A stretch of DNA of 64,000 nucleotides from a virus (Duplodnaviria; Caudoviricetes), in the IMG/VR virus record IMGVR_UViG_3300033066_002315, positions 21-64,020 of that record; one strand, given 5' to 3'. The position numbers and the translations under genes were made by a program. Shown piece by piece: positions 63,454 through 64,000 of the stretch (position 1 is its first letter; the number at the start of each line of letters is the position of its first letter). The notes below the pieces were generated by a model that saw only the letters and a list, made by a program, of their open reading frames with translations, searched no databases and was not told where the DNA came from.

Positions 63454-64000
63454 GCACCAAAACGCACAACTCGCCCGGGGCGCTCAACGCGAAGGTGGAG
63501 CTGCGACGGAACGTGATCCGCGAACTGCGCGAGGCCGGGCAGCGCGTCGACGTGCTCGATGCGTTCTGCGGTCCGGTCGGCGAGATGTACCGGCACGCGT
63601 GGCACGACGCGGACAGCTACGTCGGGATCGACGAGGCCTACGTGTTCCCGGACCCGCGCCGGCGCTTCGTCGGCAACAACCTGCGCATCATGCGGAACAT
63701 CGATCTCTCGGGGTTCAACGTCTTCGACTTCGACGCGTTCGGCAGCCCGTGGGATCAGATGGTGCTCCTCGCGCACCTCCGTGCGTGGAAGCCCGGCGAG
63801 CTGGGAGCCGTGATCTTCACTGACGGCTCCGACAACAAGATGCGATTCGGCGATCTGCCGCATTCGATCTCGTGGTTGCTCAACATGCCGCACGACGCGA
63901 AGTTCCCGCCGAAGGCCTCGACGGGTCCCGTGATCCGCGAGCACGCGCAAGCGGCTTGGTTGCGCGTCGCGAAGGTGCGCGTGCGTCGAGCGTGGTCTGC
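63450..64000 (+). CDS. SAM-dependent methyltransferase-like protein (runs off window)
   Basis: VLDAFCG motif I, FDFDAFGSPW; ATG overlaps ParB stop; not in the ORF track because it has no stop. Confidence 0.65.
   Translation, partial: MSTKTHNSPGALNAKVELRRNVIRELREAGQRVDVLDAFCGPVGEMYRHAWHDADSYVGIDEAYVFPDPRRRFVGNNLRIMRNIDLSGFNVFDFDAFGSPWDQMVLLAHLRAWKPGELGAVIFTDGSDNKMRFGDLPHSISWLLNMPHDAKFPPKASTGPVIREHAQAAWLRVAKVRVRRAWS

Larger units (their letters stand above)
1..64000. mobile_element. Tailed phage or prophage genome segment (contractile-tailed, Mu-like head/tail/baseplate module, lambda-like replication module); boundaries not within window
   Basis: Complete ordered morphogenesis module, recombination and replication modules; no host genes; no integrase or att site seen. 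Confidence 0.95.

Noticed and set aside
1-64000. tRNA, rRNA, integrase, transposase or reverse transcriptase/DGR
   Set aside because: No cloverleaf or T-loop context, no tyrosine/serine recombinase, DDE or RT motifs, and no TR/VR pair near the fibres were found by eye

Overview
The whole 64-kb window reads as one contiguous stretch of a GC-rich (visually ~70%+) tailed-phage or prophage genome. It contains no recognisable host housekeeping genes, no integrase or transposase, no tRNA and no CRISPR array. There are four blocks. (1) 1-10.9 kb, minus strand: tightly coupled small early genes plus a DUF6744/DUF3150-like, MoxR AAA+ and vWA trio. (2) 11.1-46 kb, mostly plus strand: TerL, a 1240-aa portal/gpF/InPase-like fusion, Mu-like protease/scaffold, capsid, neck, contractile tail (sheath, tube, frameshifted chaperone, tape measure), Mu-like baseplate, fibres and many accessory structural genes. 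(3) 46-57.9 kb, mostly minus strand: YqaJ exonuclease with a putative annealase, MazG, a C5 DNA methyltransferase with six internal repeats, an SMC/SbcC-like ATPase, Dps, a triple-HTH regulator and HNH. (4) 58-64 kb, plus strand: HTH replication initiator with 22-bp iterons, DnaB, RusA-like, ParB-like and a SAM-dependent MTase-like gene. The most striking non-coding signals are a TANNNT hexamer 6-8 nt before the start codon of 21 late-block genes plus dps (a leaderless-promoter architecture) and six copies of a ~40-bp sigma70-type early promoter. A myxobacterial host is a guess from GC content and Cys-rich lipoproteins. All family calls are by-eye motif recognition; no database searches were run.
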